Assembly (NCBI GenBank): GCA_013239625.1
Contig: MU053379.1
Coordinates: forward strand, 3,268,866 to 3,332,865
Reading direction: 5' to 3'
DNA: 64,000 nt
Source: Lama guanicoe
Lineage: Eukaryota
Shown here: positions 25,047 to 37,975 of the stretch, piece by piece
Layout: every line of letters starts with the position of its first letter
How positions within the stretch are numbered: position 1 is the stretch's first letter
Translations under genes and position numbers: made by a program
Notes under the pieces: generated by a model
Database searches by the model: none
Told to the model about the DNA's origin: nothing
Seen by the model: only the letters and a program-made list of their open reading frames with translations

Positions 25047-27399
25047 AGACTGTCTAAGTGAATGCTGTTCACAACTAGTACGTACTAACCCATGTTTTTC
25101 AAATTCAGCTTGCAGCTGGAATTGGGTTTAAGCTGGCCATATATGTAAACATTGCCTTTTTTTTTTTTGTAAGGGGAATGGAAGCAAATGACTTGAAAGA
25201 ACTTGGTAATTGGAAAGATTTGTTTAATGGCTCCTCGCTGTCTTTATCTCTCAAATTTTAAAAAACAACCCTTTTTTCCTTGATAGAAAGAGCACTGAGT
25301 TTTTAAATTGTTATCCTGCCCCTTAGCCATTCTTTAACTTTTTCCCAAGATAGAAAATATATTCCGTTTACAATTAGATTAGAAATAGCCGGAGTGTGTG
25401 CTGTGTGAGTGACTGAACATCATCTGTTACAGCATCTCCAGTGTTGCCAGTGCAAGTGCACAGGAGCGCAGGTGCCTCTAATTTGAACTCTCCAAAGCAA
25501 GGTAGTGGGCTGGACCTTGTCCCCAACAATTCCCCATTATGCTCAGCAAAACTCCCTCCAACCACAGACCTTCAGGCTCATTTAGGAAACTGTGCTGAAA
25601 ATATGTGTCTAATCACCAAGAAGCCAAGCATTTATCAGGATAATCCTTCCAAACTCATCAACTTTAATGGTATCCAGACGGCTTTTCTGGAGAGGGCTCA
25701 TTAGTTAAAAAAAAAAAAACAAAAAACAAAACCCCTCAAAATGTCAATGTTCTCTGGCTTTACTTACATAGTCAAAAACATAATCAGAGTTCCCTGCCTT
25801 CCTGTTTAATAGCCATTTTCTGCCTATATACTGCTTTGAAAAATAGTCGAACAAACGTGAAGAAGATAAATATCACGCATAAACGACCCACTGCAGAGGG
25901 GGCAGGTCGTATGCATACAAGCGAGGGAGAGCAGAGCTGCAGATTAAGAAACTGAGTATGTCGGTGTTTAAAATTAGAATGGTTCCCCAAAGAATAGATA
26001 ATGTTCCGTTCAAGAAAAATGTTTGCAAGTCACTCGGCTGACTAGAGAAGTCTGAATCAAAGTCAGAAATTAATAAAAAGATGCAGACAGCACCCCAGTC
26101 ATAAATAACAGAGCTGATTTGTATGCTTATAAAAGCCTGCCAGGCCTGGCGGTGTCTGTAGTTCTAAGGGGGGAAATCTAATGAAATGCAAGAAGAAAAT
26201 TGTAAAAATAGAAATGAATGTACTCGGTAGAAATGCCATTGTGTTCTTGTGACACAGTGACTTGTTTTCTGGAAAAGTGATTCTTCCATTGAGCCCAGGC
26301 AGGCATTGTATTCATTGTGAAGTTGTATATTTAGACCTATAGTCTGAAGGGCTTGGCTGTATTTTAAGCTCAGTGCTTCCCCGGTTCTCAGAGCACAAGG
26401 ACAAAGCTCTATCATATTACTGCTTCCACACTCCTCGGGACTTCGGGGTAGTCTTCAGTGGCGTCAAGTACTTGGACTGTCAGCAGCGCAGAAAATAGAA
26501 AGTAGAATACTGAATGGGTGAGGTGTATGTCTCAGCTGTGTAGGACCGTGTAGGCGGAGATGAGGGTCCTAGGCCAACCTCGTGTTACGGCGAAGTCGGT
26601 GCAGAGCGATTCTAGGGTAAAGACGGACTTGCAGTAAATGGAGCCCCAAGGCACAGGCTGCAAACGTTAGAGCAGTCTGGGTCTCATTCAAGAGCTGTGT
26701 TTCCTTGCTAGACTTTATACCAGGAACAGGGCTGGGCTATGGGTGCAGAAAGATAAAGGAACGTAATCACGGCCGTGAAATCTTCAGTGCAGAGACAGGG
26801 AGAGCAAAGGCAAGTGTCTAAACTCAGATCTGTTTTGAACAAGGCGGCATCGTTCTACAAGTGTCTATTTTGTCTGTTTTTCAAAATCTGGGCCAGCTTC
26901 ACGTTTTGGCTGCCGTACCTGGGCTTTGTGGGGGGCTGCCATCAGGGTGGGGGCCGGGGTGTGGGCCAGGGTGAAGGCAGGGTGGAGGGAGTCTGGTCAG
27001 GAGGAGAAATGGAGAGAAGTCAGTAAGGTAAGGACTGTATTCAGTCGAAACAACTCAGCCCCGCTGCCTGATACCTCAGTGTGTTTCTTACGTATTTATT
27101 TTGGGAATAAATACTACCTACAGACCGGAAGAAGCACTACAGCAAAACCTTGGTCTCCCGCTCGTCCGCCTCCTATGTCCCCCTTCCAGGGGGAACCACC
27201 AGGACCCCTTCCTTGCCTCAGAGATGCTTCTATGCCCAAGTCCAGTCCCTCAGTTTCAATCCCTGATATTAAGGAAAAAGAGTTCCCACCCGGTCCAGTC
27301 CCTCCTCAACACCCAAGTCTCCCCTCCACTCAGTGCCTGGGCAGGGGGGGCCTGCTGGGAACTCTACCATCTCCGGGTCTTTAATAGACGACCTGTGGA

Positions 27400-30300
27400 C
27401 GCCCTGACGACCCAGGTGGGGTTTGTTTGTTTGTTTGTTTTGTTTTTTTAAGAGGCAGAATTATTACTTAATGAAATGACTTATTTTACACATTGTCATC
27501 TGCTGATGTTTAAAAGATAAGACATTTGTCTGGGCGGACGCCTGAGGCTCTCGGAGGACGCGGGGAGACCCTGCCAAAACGTTTCCAAACTGAATAGTCA
27601 TTGGGCTGCCAGATAATTCAGAAACTATTTGTATGAGCTGTTTATCAAATTATTAACCGCACAGATGTTGTTTGGCTGAAGAGCAGCTGAATCCCCTCTC
27701 TGGCAGCCGCGGAGACAAAGGTCTCCAGGAATAATTGGAGATGTGCATGGAATATTAAATTAATTTACTGCTCTTAATTCTTATGCAAATTCTGACCTCC
27801 GACGGCGCCTATCAATTACTCTGCGCGCAGTGAAAGAGAAGGCGACAGTTTCTTTTCTTCTCTTTGCCTTTTTTTTTAAGAATTCGAAAAAGGAAATATT
27901 TGCAATAAGCAGGCGGTAGGAGCACCGCGGAACTGGAATTATTTAATTGAATCTCCAAGTTTTCAGGGTTGTCGGTAGAGGATAAAACCCCAGGATGCAG
28001 GGGAGAGGGCGGGAGGGGTGCGGAGGGCGCAGGAATTTGTGGGTTTGACTGCACACCTGCGGGCGACGGGAAAGACCGCGAAGAGCACAGACGGGTGGTG
28101 GCAAATACAACCTTGGCCTGCGGGCGGACGCGGGCCTTCGCTATCCTGCGAGTTCAGCGTCAGCGCGCGATTATTTGGTACAAGCCCCGCGCCCTTGGCA
28201 AACCCGGGTCAGGCTTGGGAGCGCCGCCGCGCTGCTTTCCCGGACCGCTGCTTATAAGGTCCGCATCTGAGCTCTGGCTTCCTTTCCTTATCTTTTAAGG
28301 ATTTTAACCCGTCTTTACAACCCCCAACCACCACCACCGACAACAACAAAAAAAACTGATTTATTCTTTGCTTGAAAAGCCAAACCACAACGCTGTGCTC
28401 CAATGTCCAACTCCTACTGAAATCCCCGGGTGGGCCGAAATGCATTTAATTGTCCCCTGCGTGGAGAAGTGACACCCACTCTTCTCGCTGATTTGAGCAA
28501 ACGCCTGGGCTTTGTCTGCGCTTGTGGCTTCGGCGCCCCGGTGGTGGGTTGTAAAACTGGGGTCTCTGAGTCTTTCATCATCTTCTTAATAAGGAAAACC
28601 AAATCGGGCGCGTAATGTCATCAGCCCTGGCTCGACCTCACCGGGACCTCGGCAGCCCGATGATGTCGCCAGCGGCCCCCGGCGCAGTCACGACGCGCCG
28701 CCTTTCAGCTCCTCGCGGTCCACACAAAAGCCAGACAACAATATCAATTAATCATGCAGCCGGCAAACAAGGAGATTTATCCCGCGACAAACAGCCCCAC
28801 CGAGAGCCGCTGAATGGGCATGATTAGCATGTGAAAAGGCGAGCAAAACTCCGCGGTTCAACAGCTAAAGAGCAATTTGATGGGGCTGGGATGGGGAAAT
28901 TACTTGATTAGCGTCCGTCGGAGGAGAGCACGGTTACAGCCCCTCGGCCCGGAATCCGAAGGGGAACAAAACGCGCTGGTAAACGCGAAGACGTGGAGGC
29001 AGAGCGCGCGAGGGCGGGGAGCGCGGGGGCCCGCACCGGGGGGCGTGGACCCTGGTGGGGCAGGGAGGGTGAGGAAGGGGATGACCGGCCAGTCCCGGCC
29101 AACCCCCGAGACCGGAACCCACACGAGCCGTGACAGCTGGTGCTCACCGCCCTCACCTGGGGCTCCCAGCCGGGACTGGGCGGACGACACAGGCCTCCCC
29201 ACCCAGTGCTGGAGGTCGGCTTTTCACGCGCTGCCCCTGCTCGGGTCTGAAATAAGTGAGTGCGGAGGGAAAGGCCCACCCACGCCGTCCTCGGAGGCCC
29301 CTGCGGGGTCACAGGGGGCGTAGGCTCCCGCTGCAGCAGCCTCCGCCAGCTCCAGGGCTCCGGCCCCGGGTCAGAGTCTCGATGACGGCGATGCGGCCGT
29401 TCCACCCGTAGCTCTGCGGTTCCACTCCCGCGGGCAGAGAAGATTGGAGCCCGTCAAGACCAGTTTCCCGGCTCCTCCGAATTTAACCACCTTGTTCCTG
29501 CCTGCTCAAACAGCTATCGCGTCTGGAAGTGATTTTTTTTTCACCAGAAAAGGGTTCCCTAGCTTTATTCCCTCGGGGAAGAGGTGGGGAGCAGGGTAGA
29601 GTGTGGCATGGAGTGAGGACGCGAGGGCCGTAGGGCAGGGGCCTGGATGGAGCAGGGCCCGGAGCGCTCCCTGGGCTCGGGTGCGCAGCCCCGGGCCTAC
29701 CTTGGATCTGCATACGCAGCGCCCGAGCTGGCGGCGTGCGAAGCTGAGGGTCGCGGCCTCCTCCCAGGCCTGGAGGGCAGGTCCGAAGGCCTGTGGCCCA
29801 ACCCGGCCCGGGGTATGGCTTGGGCACGCTGGGGCCTTTTGGGGGACGCTTTTTTTCTTCTGGGGGAGATGGCTGGGTGAAACGCGAAGGAGCAGCGCGG
29901 CTCAGGGTTCGTGGGACAAGGCCCAGTGGAAGGTGCGGGTGCACTCAGGCCCCCGGCACCCGGTCTAGGGCGGGCGCCCACGACTTCCCTCAACCCACCC
30001 CGCACCGCTCCGGAGCTAAAGTCTGCGCCAACCCCAGCGTTGGAAACTTAGTTTCCACTCTCAAGGCGCCCGTAACCTCCCCTCTGGACGCATGCCCACA
30101 ACCCCCCGGCTCCTAGGCTCCTCCCAGCGCCAGGAAAGGGAAAAGCCTCCCCCCAACCCCACCCCCAAATCCCCGAAGGCCTAGACTAACTCCCTCCCGG
30201 TTTCAGGACCCACTGAAAGGGTCCTTCCAGCCCACGCCCCGAATCGGGGTGCACAGGTGTCTCCGGGGTGCGGCCTTCAATTTACCTGGGGAAGGGAGAA

Positions 30301-33300
30301 TCTAATTCGGCCTTCGTGAGGTCCATTCACGCAAATGTAATAAAGATGTCAACAGGCAGATTCGCCCTGGCCCCCGGCCGTCTTAAATTCACCCTGCCCC
30401 TTGGTACAAATGAACCAAGCACCGAGGAGTCAAATCTTGTTTTCTATAAAGGGAGGGTGGGGTGGATCACCCCCACCAAGCTAAACAACTGTCACCCAGC
30501 GAACAGACTGTTAATTAAAGCGCAGCTTGTGGCCAACTTCAAAAAGCTTAATTCTTTCTGAAACGTCTCCGGCGGTGAGTGTGCCGCGAACTCGAGCTCG
30601 CCCCCTCCTCCCTTTCCCCTTCGGCCTCGCTCTCTCCCTCTCGACCACGCGCTGGAGCCCCGTGAGGTTCCTTCCTCTTTGGTCCCCAGTCGGACTCCAC
30701 GAACCACGGCTCCTGGCTGAGGTCAGAGAGGGAGCGCCGCGGCCCGCGGGCCCGGAGGCGCTCGGGGAGCAGGGCGCGGGGCCGTGGCGGCTCCAGCTAG
30801 GAACCTAGACCCGCGAGGCCGAGCGCGCAGACCCGGCCGCGGAGCCCCAGACCCTCGGCCGCCTCCAAGCACATCAGCCCGGTCGGCAGCGAGGCGCAAC
30901 ACACGGAAATCTGCGCGTCGCGCCCCCTCCGTCTTTCTCCGCTGGACACTAGCGAGCCGCGCGGCCCCAAGCGCTTTCTCCGGGCGGCTAGGGCTGGGCA
31001 TCTCGATCCCAAAGCCACGAGGAACCGTCTCTAAATCGGCGGGAGGAGGGGGCGGTGGCAGGAAGTCGGGTGGCTGAATGCCTTTGCCTGAGGGGTGGCA
31101 GAGCCGTTCCCACCAATAGCGACGGCTCCGGGCTGGCTTTGTAGCTGTTTTTCCAAGTTGTGCCCGGTGCCCGTCATATTGCCCTGAAAAGCAAAGGAGG
31201 CCGCCGCAATTTATTCCAATGGGCGGTTTTTAAGAAACTGGCAATTTGAACCGGCTGGGTGTTATTTAGTGCAATATGAAATCAAATGATCCTGTTTCTC
31301 AAATAACAGTGTCTGTGAGAAGTGAATCCTCTGAAAGGGTAATTGTCTGCTGATCGTGTTTCCCATTATACCCGATCTTGGCCTAAATAGCGTTCGGCAG
31401 CGGGGCTGAGAGCGAGCGGCGAAATCAATGCGCGAACTTGCCCTCGGGAGGCCGCGGGAAGGCGGCTGGGCTCGCGTCCTGCCACGTTGGACCAGCCGTG
31501 CCCGCGTATGCGCCACGGATTTCCACGTCATGTTGCAGGTGTCCGACATCATTAGACGAGAGCGATCTTGCGGGTGAAAGCATAAAACGAGCGGTTCCTC
31601 CTTTAGCAACTTTGGGGGTCATTAGAAATTGGGGACTGCCATCTCCCTCACAGTGTCCTGGCTTCGTCAGGCCAGACAACAGACTGACAATAATCCGGGA
31701 AATACAACCTAGCTTGGCTCTCCCCTCCCCCCATGTCTACACGGAGAACCGCGGGGTCCTTCCGTCCAAGGACACTCTTCTGTCTAGCATCTTCCCAGTC
31801 CCGCTTCCAGAACTCAGATTTAATTCCTGGAGAAGATACTGTGTCTGAAGGTGCCTGATGTTAACACGGCCTGTGGCACCTTTTGGAGGAAAAAGTTGGC
31901 CCTGAGCTTTTAAATTGTCCTCTGTAGGCCCAGCCACTGTTTTGGGTGGCTGTGTCTGAGAGAAGCACGGTCGAGGAGCAAATTTAAGGAGTGATTTTAT
32001 GAACAGGGAGAAAGCGGCAGTCCGCAACCTCCACATCGGGCCGTGGGGCGTGTCGGCGCCCGGGGTCCACAGCCAGCGCGCGCTCTGGCGACTCCTGGGG
32101 CTGCCTCTCTGCGGAACTATCCCCGGGGCAGAGGCGGGCGCAGGCAGCAGCCTGGCCCATAAACCCTTTCTACTTATTACTCAGGCACTGTAAGGAGAGC
32201 GGTCCGTCTGCAGAGCTTGCGGGCCTGGACCGGGAGGGCTCGGCCGCACCCACCCCACCCGGGAGAAAGGCGCGTCCAGGGCCACACCCGGTCCAAGACC
32301 GAGGGAGGGCTTCTGGGCGATTCCTCCACCTCACCCCACCGTTCAGACTTTTCTCCCAAGGAGGATTTTCTGTGCTCAGAATATCCTGGACTTGTAGGTA
32401 AAGCCTACGCTGTGCTTACTAATTGAGGCATTTCAGGCTGAACCTACTGTAACCAATTTGTGGCTTGATTCTGTTCCAGCCAGGCAGCCTTTATTTTTTA
32501 CATTCTCTTGGGGGTGTTTTGAGACAACTTTTTTTTCCTGTGCCCTCCCCCGTACTGTGACCTCTGTTTACAAGACCATTCGGTGGTTCTGTTTTCCCCC
32601 TTTCTTGGAGCTTCTTGCAAGTATCCAGAGAAGCTGGGGGAGGATGGTAAATTACCGCATATCGGAGGAACCACGCTGAGGAAGATTCGATCCCTTTCTG
32701 CGGGGAGCAGGGGCGGTGAGGAACGTTCTGCCACCGCACCTGGAGCCCAAGGCACCGGACATCAGGCGGCCCCTCCTGGGCCTCTCTGGCTGCAGGAAAA
32801 CGGGTAGACTGGGTTCAGCCCGCGGCGTCTCCTAGGACCCGGCGCCGGGCGGCAAATCCTGCCAGCATCGGTCGTCCTGCCAGGCCCGGGGCACAGCCTG
32901 TTCACCCGGCCCTCCGGAACCCCGGTGGTGGCACTTACTTCTGCTCAGCGTCTGAATGGGCCAGGATGCCGTTTCCTAGGGGCTTCTGGGGACATCTCGC
33001 CTCTCCAGGCCCTCTCCGGGTTGACTGTAAAGCCCTTGGATGCGATCACGAACTGAGAAGCCACGATCCCTATGCCCGCGAGTGGCCTGTCTGGGTCCCC
33101 CTCCGAGACCGCCGTCCCCGCCCCACCCCGGGGCCCTGCACCGCAGCAAAAGCAGCCGCCGCCCCGCTCCGGGTAGAACCGCGCGGTGGCGGCAGGGACA
33201 GCGTGAGGACAGCAGGCCTCTTTACCCGCGCAGGCCAATGCTGGGCGTTCGCCTGCAAACCCGCGCTCCCACTTCTCCCGGAGGAAAGGGTGGCCACGCC

Positions 33301-34620
33301 CGAGCCCGTCCACCGTCCTTTAAGAAGGGAGTGACAGCAAGGAGTCCCCCAGCAACCTCAAGCGGGTTTAGATCGCCTTCGCGCGCCGCAGTAAGGGAAG
33401 CTGGGAACCCCGGAGATGAGCCTCGAGTTTCTGCTAGCACCCCTTCGCTCTCCCGGGGATTCAGGTTCCTGCGCCGCTGAGTAGTCCCTCTCTCCTCCCG
33501 GAGGCGCCCGGACCCAGGCTGGCGCGGACCCCACCCAGCACTGGACAGGACTAGGGGCCGAGGCCGGGGGAGAAAGGGGCTTGTGTTGGCTCAACCCGAT
33601 TAGCACCTCCCCGCCTGCGGGGAAATCCTCTCCAAGTCCAGGGGCGGGGTGGGGTGGGGGAGGGGCGGGAGGAGCTCCAGCCGGGCCAGGCCCAGCGTCC
33701 CCTCTCCTCAGGGGTCCCGGGGTCCCAGAGACTTCCTAAGGCCCTGTGGCGGGGAGTTAAGGAAGAGATTTCCCCTTGCCTGTGGCCATCTCCCGGCTCC
33801 TCCGCGCCTTTGCGGGAGAAGAGCCGGCCACTCGCCCAGCTCTACCGCTCAGACTCCCCTCCCCACTGCAAGCCACCCCTTCCCCCCCAGCCCCCGCCCC
33901 GCCGGGTGCCCCTCCCAGACCCACTGACCTTGGGAAGGCGCCGACCCGCCGCTCGCCGAGCCCCGCCGGGCGCTGCGCCGAAGAGGTGCGCGGCTCTGCG
34001 CGCAGCCGAGACCCGCTCGCTCGGCGGTGTCGGCCCAGACCCCCTCCCCCACGCCTTATAATTTAATCACACGCGATATTAAATTATCAAGCCGCTCATT
34101 AATCATCGTGCGAGTTATTGGGACTCAACACGCCGCCGCGTGTTTTGACAGCCCAGACCTGCTCCCGGGGTCGGGGAGTGTCTGGGTCTGGGGGACGAGG
34201 GGGGAGCGTTGGAGCACTCGAGAAACACTGCCAGCCCCACGCGAGCGGACGGGTCTCTGGCCTAGAAAAAGATTTGGAAAAGCAAGCTGGGATTCTGAGT
34301 TCGGTCGAGGGTTTGCTAAAAACCCAAATGCATCCCTCCCGGGCCCCTTTCCTGAATATTCGGATTTTGATCACGACGGTTAAGACGGCCGGCGGGCGTA
34401 TCAATCGACAACATCTCCATTTGCGGGTTTTGCGGAGGATGAATCTGACCTGAGTTTGTGCATCCTCATTACCTACTGCGGACGGTATGAAATTAATGCC
34501 TTTGAAATACAGATGAAATCGTATCACTGAAGTCATTTCCAAGGACAACTTTCCCCTCAGCTCAAAGAGGGCTTTCTTGCCTTTTGCCTATTATTGATGC
34601 AAATAAAGGATTTTTTTTTC
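27400..34620. promoter_or_regulatory. Large (~7 kb) repeat-free CpG island with TAAT-rich blocks; probable developmental regulatory domain or lncRNA promoter
   Basis: CpG-dense with no recognisable interspersed repeat or coding exon. AT-rich homeobox-motif blocks at about 27440-27960, 28610-28920, 30280-30560, 31170-31720 and 34050-34610; octamers ATGCAAAT at 27783 and 34597. Confidence 0.75.
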
Positions 34621-35439
34621 AGATTAAATTCTGAATTTGAGGCTTTCTTAAAAAAAACTTTCTTTTTAAAAATTAGTGTTTCACTCTAAGATTTGTTTTT
34701 AGAAATTGACTTTATTTTCTAGTCCCCCCTTTCCCTATTTCTATTAGACGGATTTTTTTTAAAGAGTAAATAAACCAATTAAATGAAAGTTCATATGATT
34801 TGATTCCATGCAATGGAAGGAGAAAGGGGTCATAAAAAGTTGTTCTGGTGGCAGAAAGGAGAGTAATTAGTTCTCAGCCTTCAGGATCTAACACACCAGC
34901 AGAGCAGTAAACCAGGGCACACCCTGCCCCCTGTAGAGGGGGCACTGTAGGTAGAAATCTGTCAACCAGCATTTTTTTAAATATCTACTGTGAAATTAGT
35001 CTTTGAGAGACGTGTCATTCCCAGATTAAGACTTTCCCCACATTAGCATAAACCAAGGCAAGTGTCTAGCAAGGCAAGGCCAATTCCTGCAGAGAGTGGC
35101 TGTGGCTTTAGTTAAGTTGGCAAAGTTTTCTAAACAAACCGTAGATCAAACTAAATTATTTCCCTTTTAAAAATATAGCATAAAAACCAATGTCAAACCC
35201 GGGTCGTGTTCAAGATCTTTTGCAGGTAGGTTGCATTTTACCTCTTCAACCAGAAAGTGCGATAAATTCAGTTAGCAAATAAGTGTGTAAGTCTTGACGC
35301 TGTGGCTATGCTTTACCACAGAGCAGTATCGATATTATTAAACGTGTCCAAGGCTATTCTTGAGATAGTTGCTCTCCTATTAATCTGTTGTCTGCATTTT
35401 TCTATCCTGCTAACGCAAAGAGGTGGGTATCAAAACCTC

Positions 35440-35440
<1 letters not shown>

Positions 35441-35474
<34 letters not shown>
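35441..35474. repeat. (CA)n microsatellite
   Basis: Direct run. Confidence 0.95.
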
Positions 35475-35477
<3 letters not shown>

Positions 35478-35813
35478 TAGGTGAAATTTATAAATCCTAA
35501 AGAAGCTAGTAAGAGGGGGAAAGTCTTGATATGGTGTGATTAAAAAAAATTAACCAACAGAGGAAAAAAATGTCTTTACCCAGGCAGTTCATGCCCAGGT
35601 ATGTTCTGCAATAATAGACCCTGGCTGTCCAGCCTGAGACAAGGCTCTACTGAGGGTGGGCCATGGGCAACTCCTGCTGAAAGTCACATCTGAAGACTTT
35701 GTTTTAAAACTGGAGACTTCAGGATAACCTGAAATTATCCAGACAGAGTGGGCTGGTCGACTAGGCAGCTGTCTACTTCTGAAGTACAGAATGAGGATCA
35801 AGAGTGCAGGTGA

Positions 35814-36213
35814 CAGGTAAACAACAAGAACCTACTGTACGGCACAAGGAACTATATTCAATTTCTTGTAATAACCTATAATGGGAAAGAATATGAAAGA
35901 AATATCTATACGTGTGTATATGTATAACTGAATCCCTTTGTCGTACACCTGAAACTAACATTGTAAATCAAGTACACATCAATAAAAAATGTTTTAAAAA
36001 GAGTCCATGTGACAGTTGAACAACAAGGTCCTACTGTACAGCACAGGGAACTATATTCAATAGCTTTAATAAGCTATAATGAAAACGAATATATATGTAT
36101 AACTAAATCACTGTGCTGTACACCAGAATCTAACACAATATTATAAATCAAGTATACCTCAATTAAAAAAATAAATGAATAAAAATAAAAATACATTGTG
36201 CTCTAAGAAAAAA
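35814..36213 (+). mobile_element. Two tandem short L1 3'-end copies
   Basis: Each reads aacaacaag..cctactgtac..gcaca..ggaactatattcaat..tgtataact..atcaagta followed by an A tail. Confidence 0.85.
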
Positions 36214-36674
36214 AAGAGTCCATGTGAGCTTGTAAAAAAAAATTAAAACACAAATGTTTTATTAAAGGACCCACCAAAAATGAGAAAAATTAATCCCTTC
36301 CATTCATTTGACTATTTTTCTTCATAATTCTGCTTTTGCAGATATCATCCCATCTGAGTCTCCCAGAAATGCCAGAGGTGTGATTACTGCTTGAGTTGGG
36401 GATGGGACACGACTCATTCATGACTCACAGAGTAAGAGCTAGAACCCACATTTCTTGACTTCTTGTCCAGTGCTCTTTCCAAACATCGGTTTAAGATAGC
36501 TAACACAACTTTGAATTTTTCGCTTTTTTAAGCCCTCTCTCCAATACTCAATAAAGTTAAGCACTTTAATATTCTGAACCTCTTTCAGAATTCAGCAAAT
36601 AAGAGAAGTATTCTTGGCTGGGAGCCAACTCAGCCCTAGGTTTAGCTCTGACCTTGGACTAGTTACTCTATAAC

Positions 36675-37070
36675 TTGAGCTGTGTTCTCTCAGAATCTGA
36701 CCTTGAGACAAAAATTAGAGGGCAAGTACATTTTTCAGAGGGGATCTCAGGAAGCAGCACAGTAGGGGGAGCAGGGAAAAGAAACGTGGAAGGGAAAACA
36801 GCAAGAAACACTGAATTATCAAGCATGGTACCATTGTTTGCAACTGGAGCTTACTCCTGCTACAGGAGCTTTGGGGGGTAAGGGGTTTGTAGCATCCAGC
36901 TCTCCCATTGGTTGGGTGCTAATTTCCCATCACTGCAGACCTGCCCCACAAGAGGCAGAGCAGACGCTAGCCACCAAAGAAACTCTGAGGCAAAGAGCTT
37001 CGGGTGCTGGTGGTTGGATGGCGGGCCAACGTGCATGGAAATTGTTTGTGCCGTTGTATTTTCCAGGAGT
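36675..37070 (-). mobile_element. LTR33-like ERVL LTR fragment
   Basis: ctgaccttgagacaaaaattagagggcaagta..gatctcaggaagcagcacagtaggggg..ggaagggaaaacagc. Confidence 0.55.
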
Positions 37071-37084
37071 GTCTTCAGCTAAAT

Positions 37085-37975
37085 CTCGCAGCCCATATGT
37101 TCTGCAGTGTGCCTTTGCCACTCTCCCTTCAAGGGGTGGAATCTATTTCTGCCCCTTCTTGAATCTGAGTGAGCCCCATGACTGCTTTGCCAACAAAACA
37201 TGGTGGAACATTGTCCCAGCTCCATTTCCTGTTTCCTGGAATTCTGGCTTCTAGAATACTCCCTCTCAGAACCCAGCCACCATGATGAGAGAATTCCAAA
37301 CCTAGAGACGGAACAGGCTTGCATGCTGGTCAGCAGCCCCAGCTTAGCTCCCAGCTGACAGCCAGTATCAACCACTAGCCACAACGGTGAGTCATCTTGG
37401 ACGTCCAGCCCAGGAGAGCCTTCAGAAGACATCTGACTATAACCATATGAGGCACCCGACATGGTTTTATGTGTGATCTTGGCCAGGCTATGGTACTGGG
37501 TACTGAGTTATTTAAATGAACACTAATCTAGATGTTGCTGTGAAGGTATTTTGTAGATGATGTAGTTAACATCTAAATCAGTTGACTTTAAATAAGAAGA
37601 TTATCCTCAGTACTGTGGGTGGGACTCACCCAGTCATGATGCCTTAAGAGCAAAAACTGAGCTTTTATGGAGAAGAAGAAATTCTGCCTCAAGACTGATG
37701 CATCAGCTCCAGCTTGAGTTTCTAGACAATTCCAAAGAAGAAAGAAAGAGAGAGAGAGAGAGAGAAAGGAAGGAAAGGAGGAAGGAAGGAAGGGAGAGAG
37801 AAAGAATTATACAGTTGTATATATAATTTATTCTGTTTCTCCGAAGAACCCTTACTGATACAGACCCAAGCAAGAACTACCCAGCTGAGCCCTGTCAACT
37901 CACAGAAGAATGAAAGATAATTTTAAACATCTTTAAAAAAAATCATTTATCATGCAACAGTAGCTAATCAGAACA
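37085..37975 (+). mobile_element. MLT1 LTR containing a nested MLT2 LTR (about 37458-37862)
   Basis: MLT1 motifs either side; MLT2 ttttatgtgt..cttggccaggcta..tagatgttgctgtgaaggtattttgtagatg..ttctgtttctc..gaacc..actgataca; flanks caccc/gaccc. Confidence 0.75.

Noticed and set aside
28877..34548. Many 100-165 aa ORFs in the CpG island
   Set aside because: They overlap on both strands, are Arg/Pro/Gly/Ala-rich and show no recognisable domain (no homeodomain), as expected from stop-codon scarcity in GC-rich DNA.
34925..34944. Hairpin tgccccct-gtag-agggggca / CTCF-like motif
   Set aside because: Only an 8-bp stem and an imperfect CTCF match, compatible with chance.
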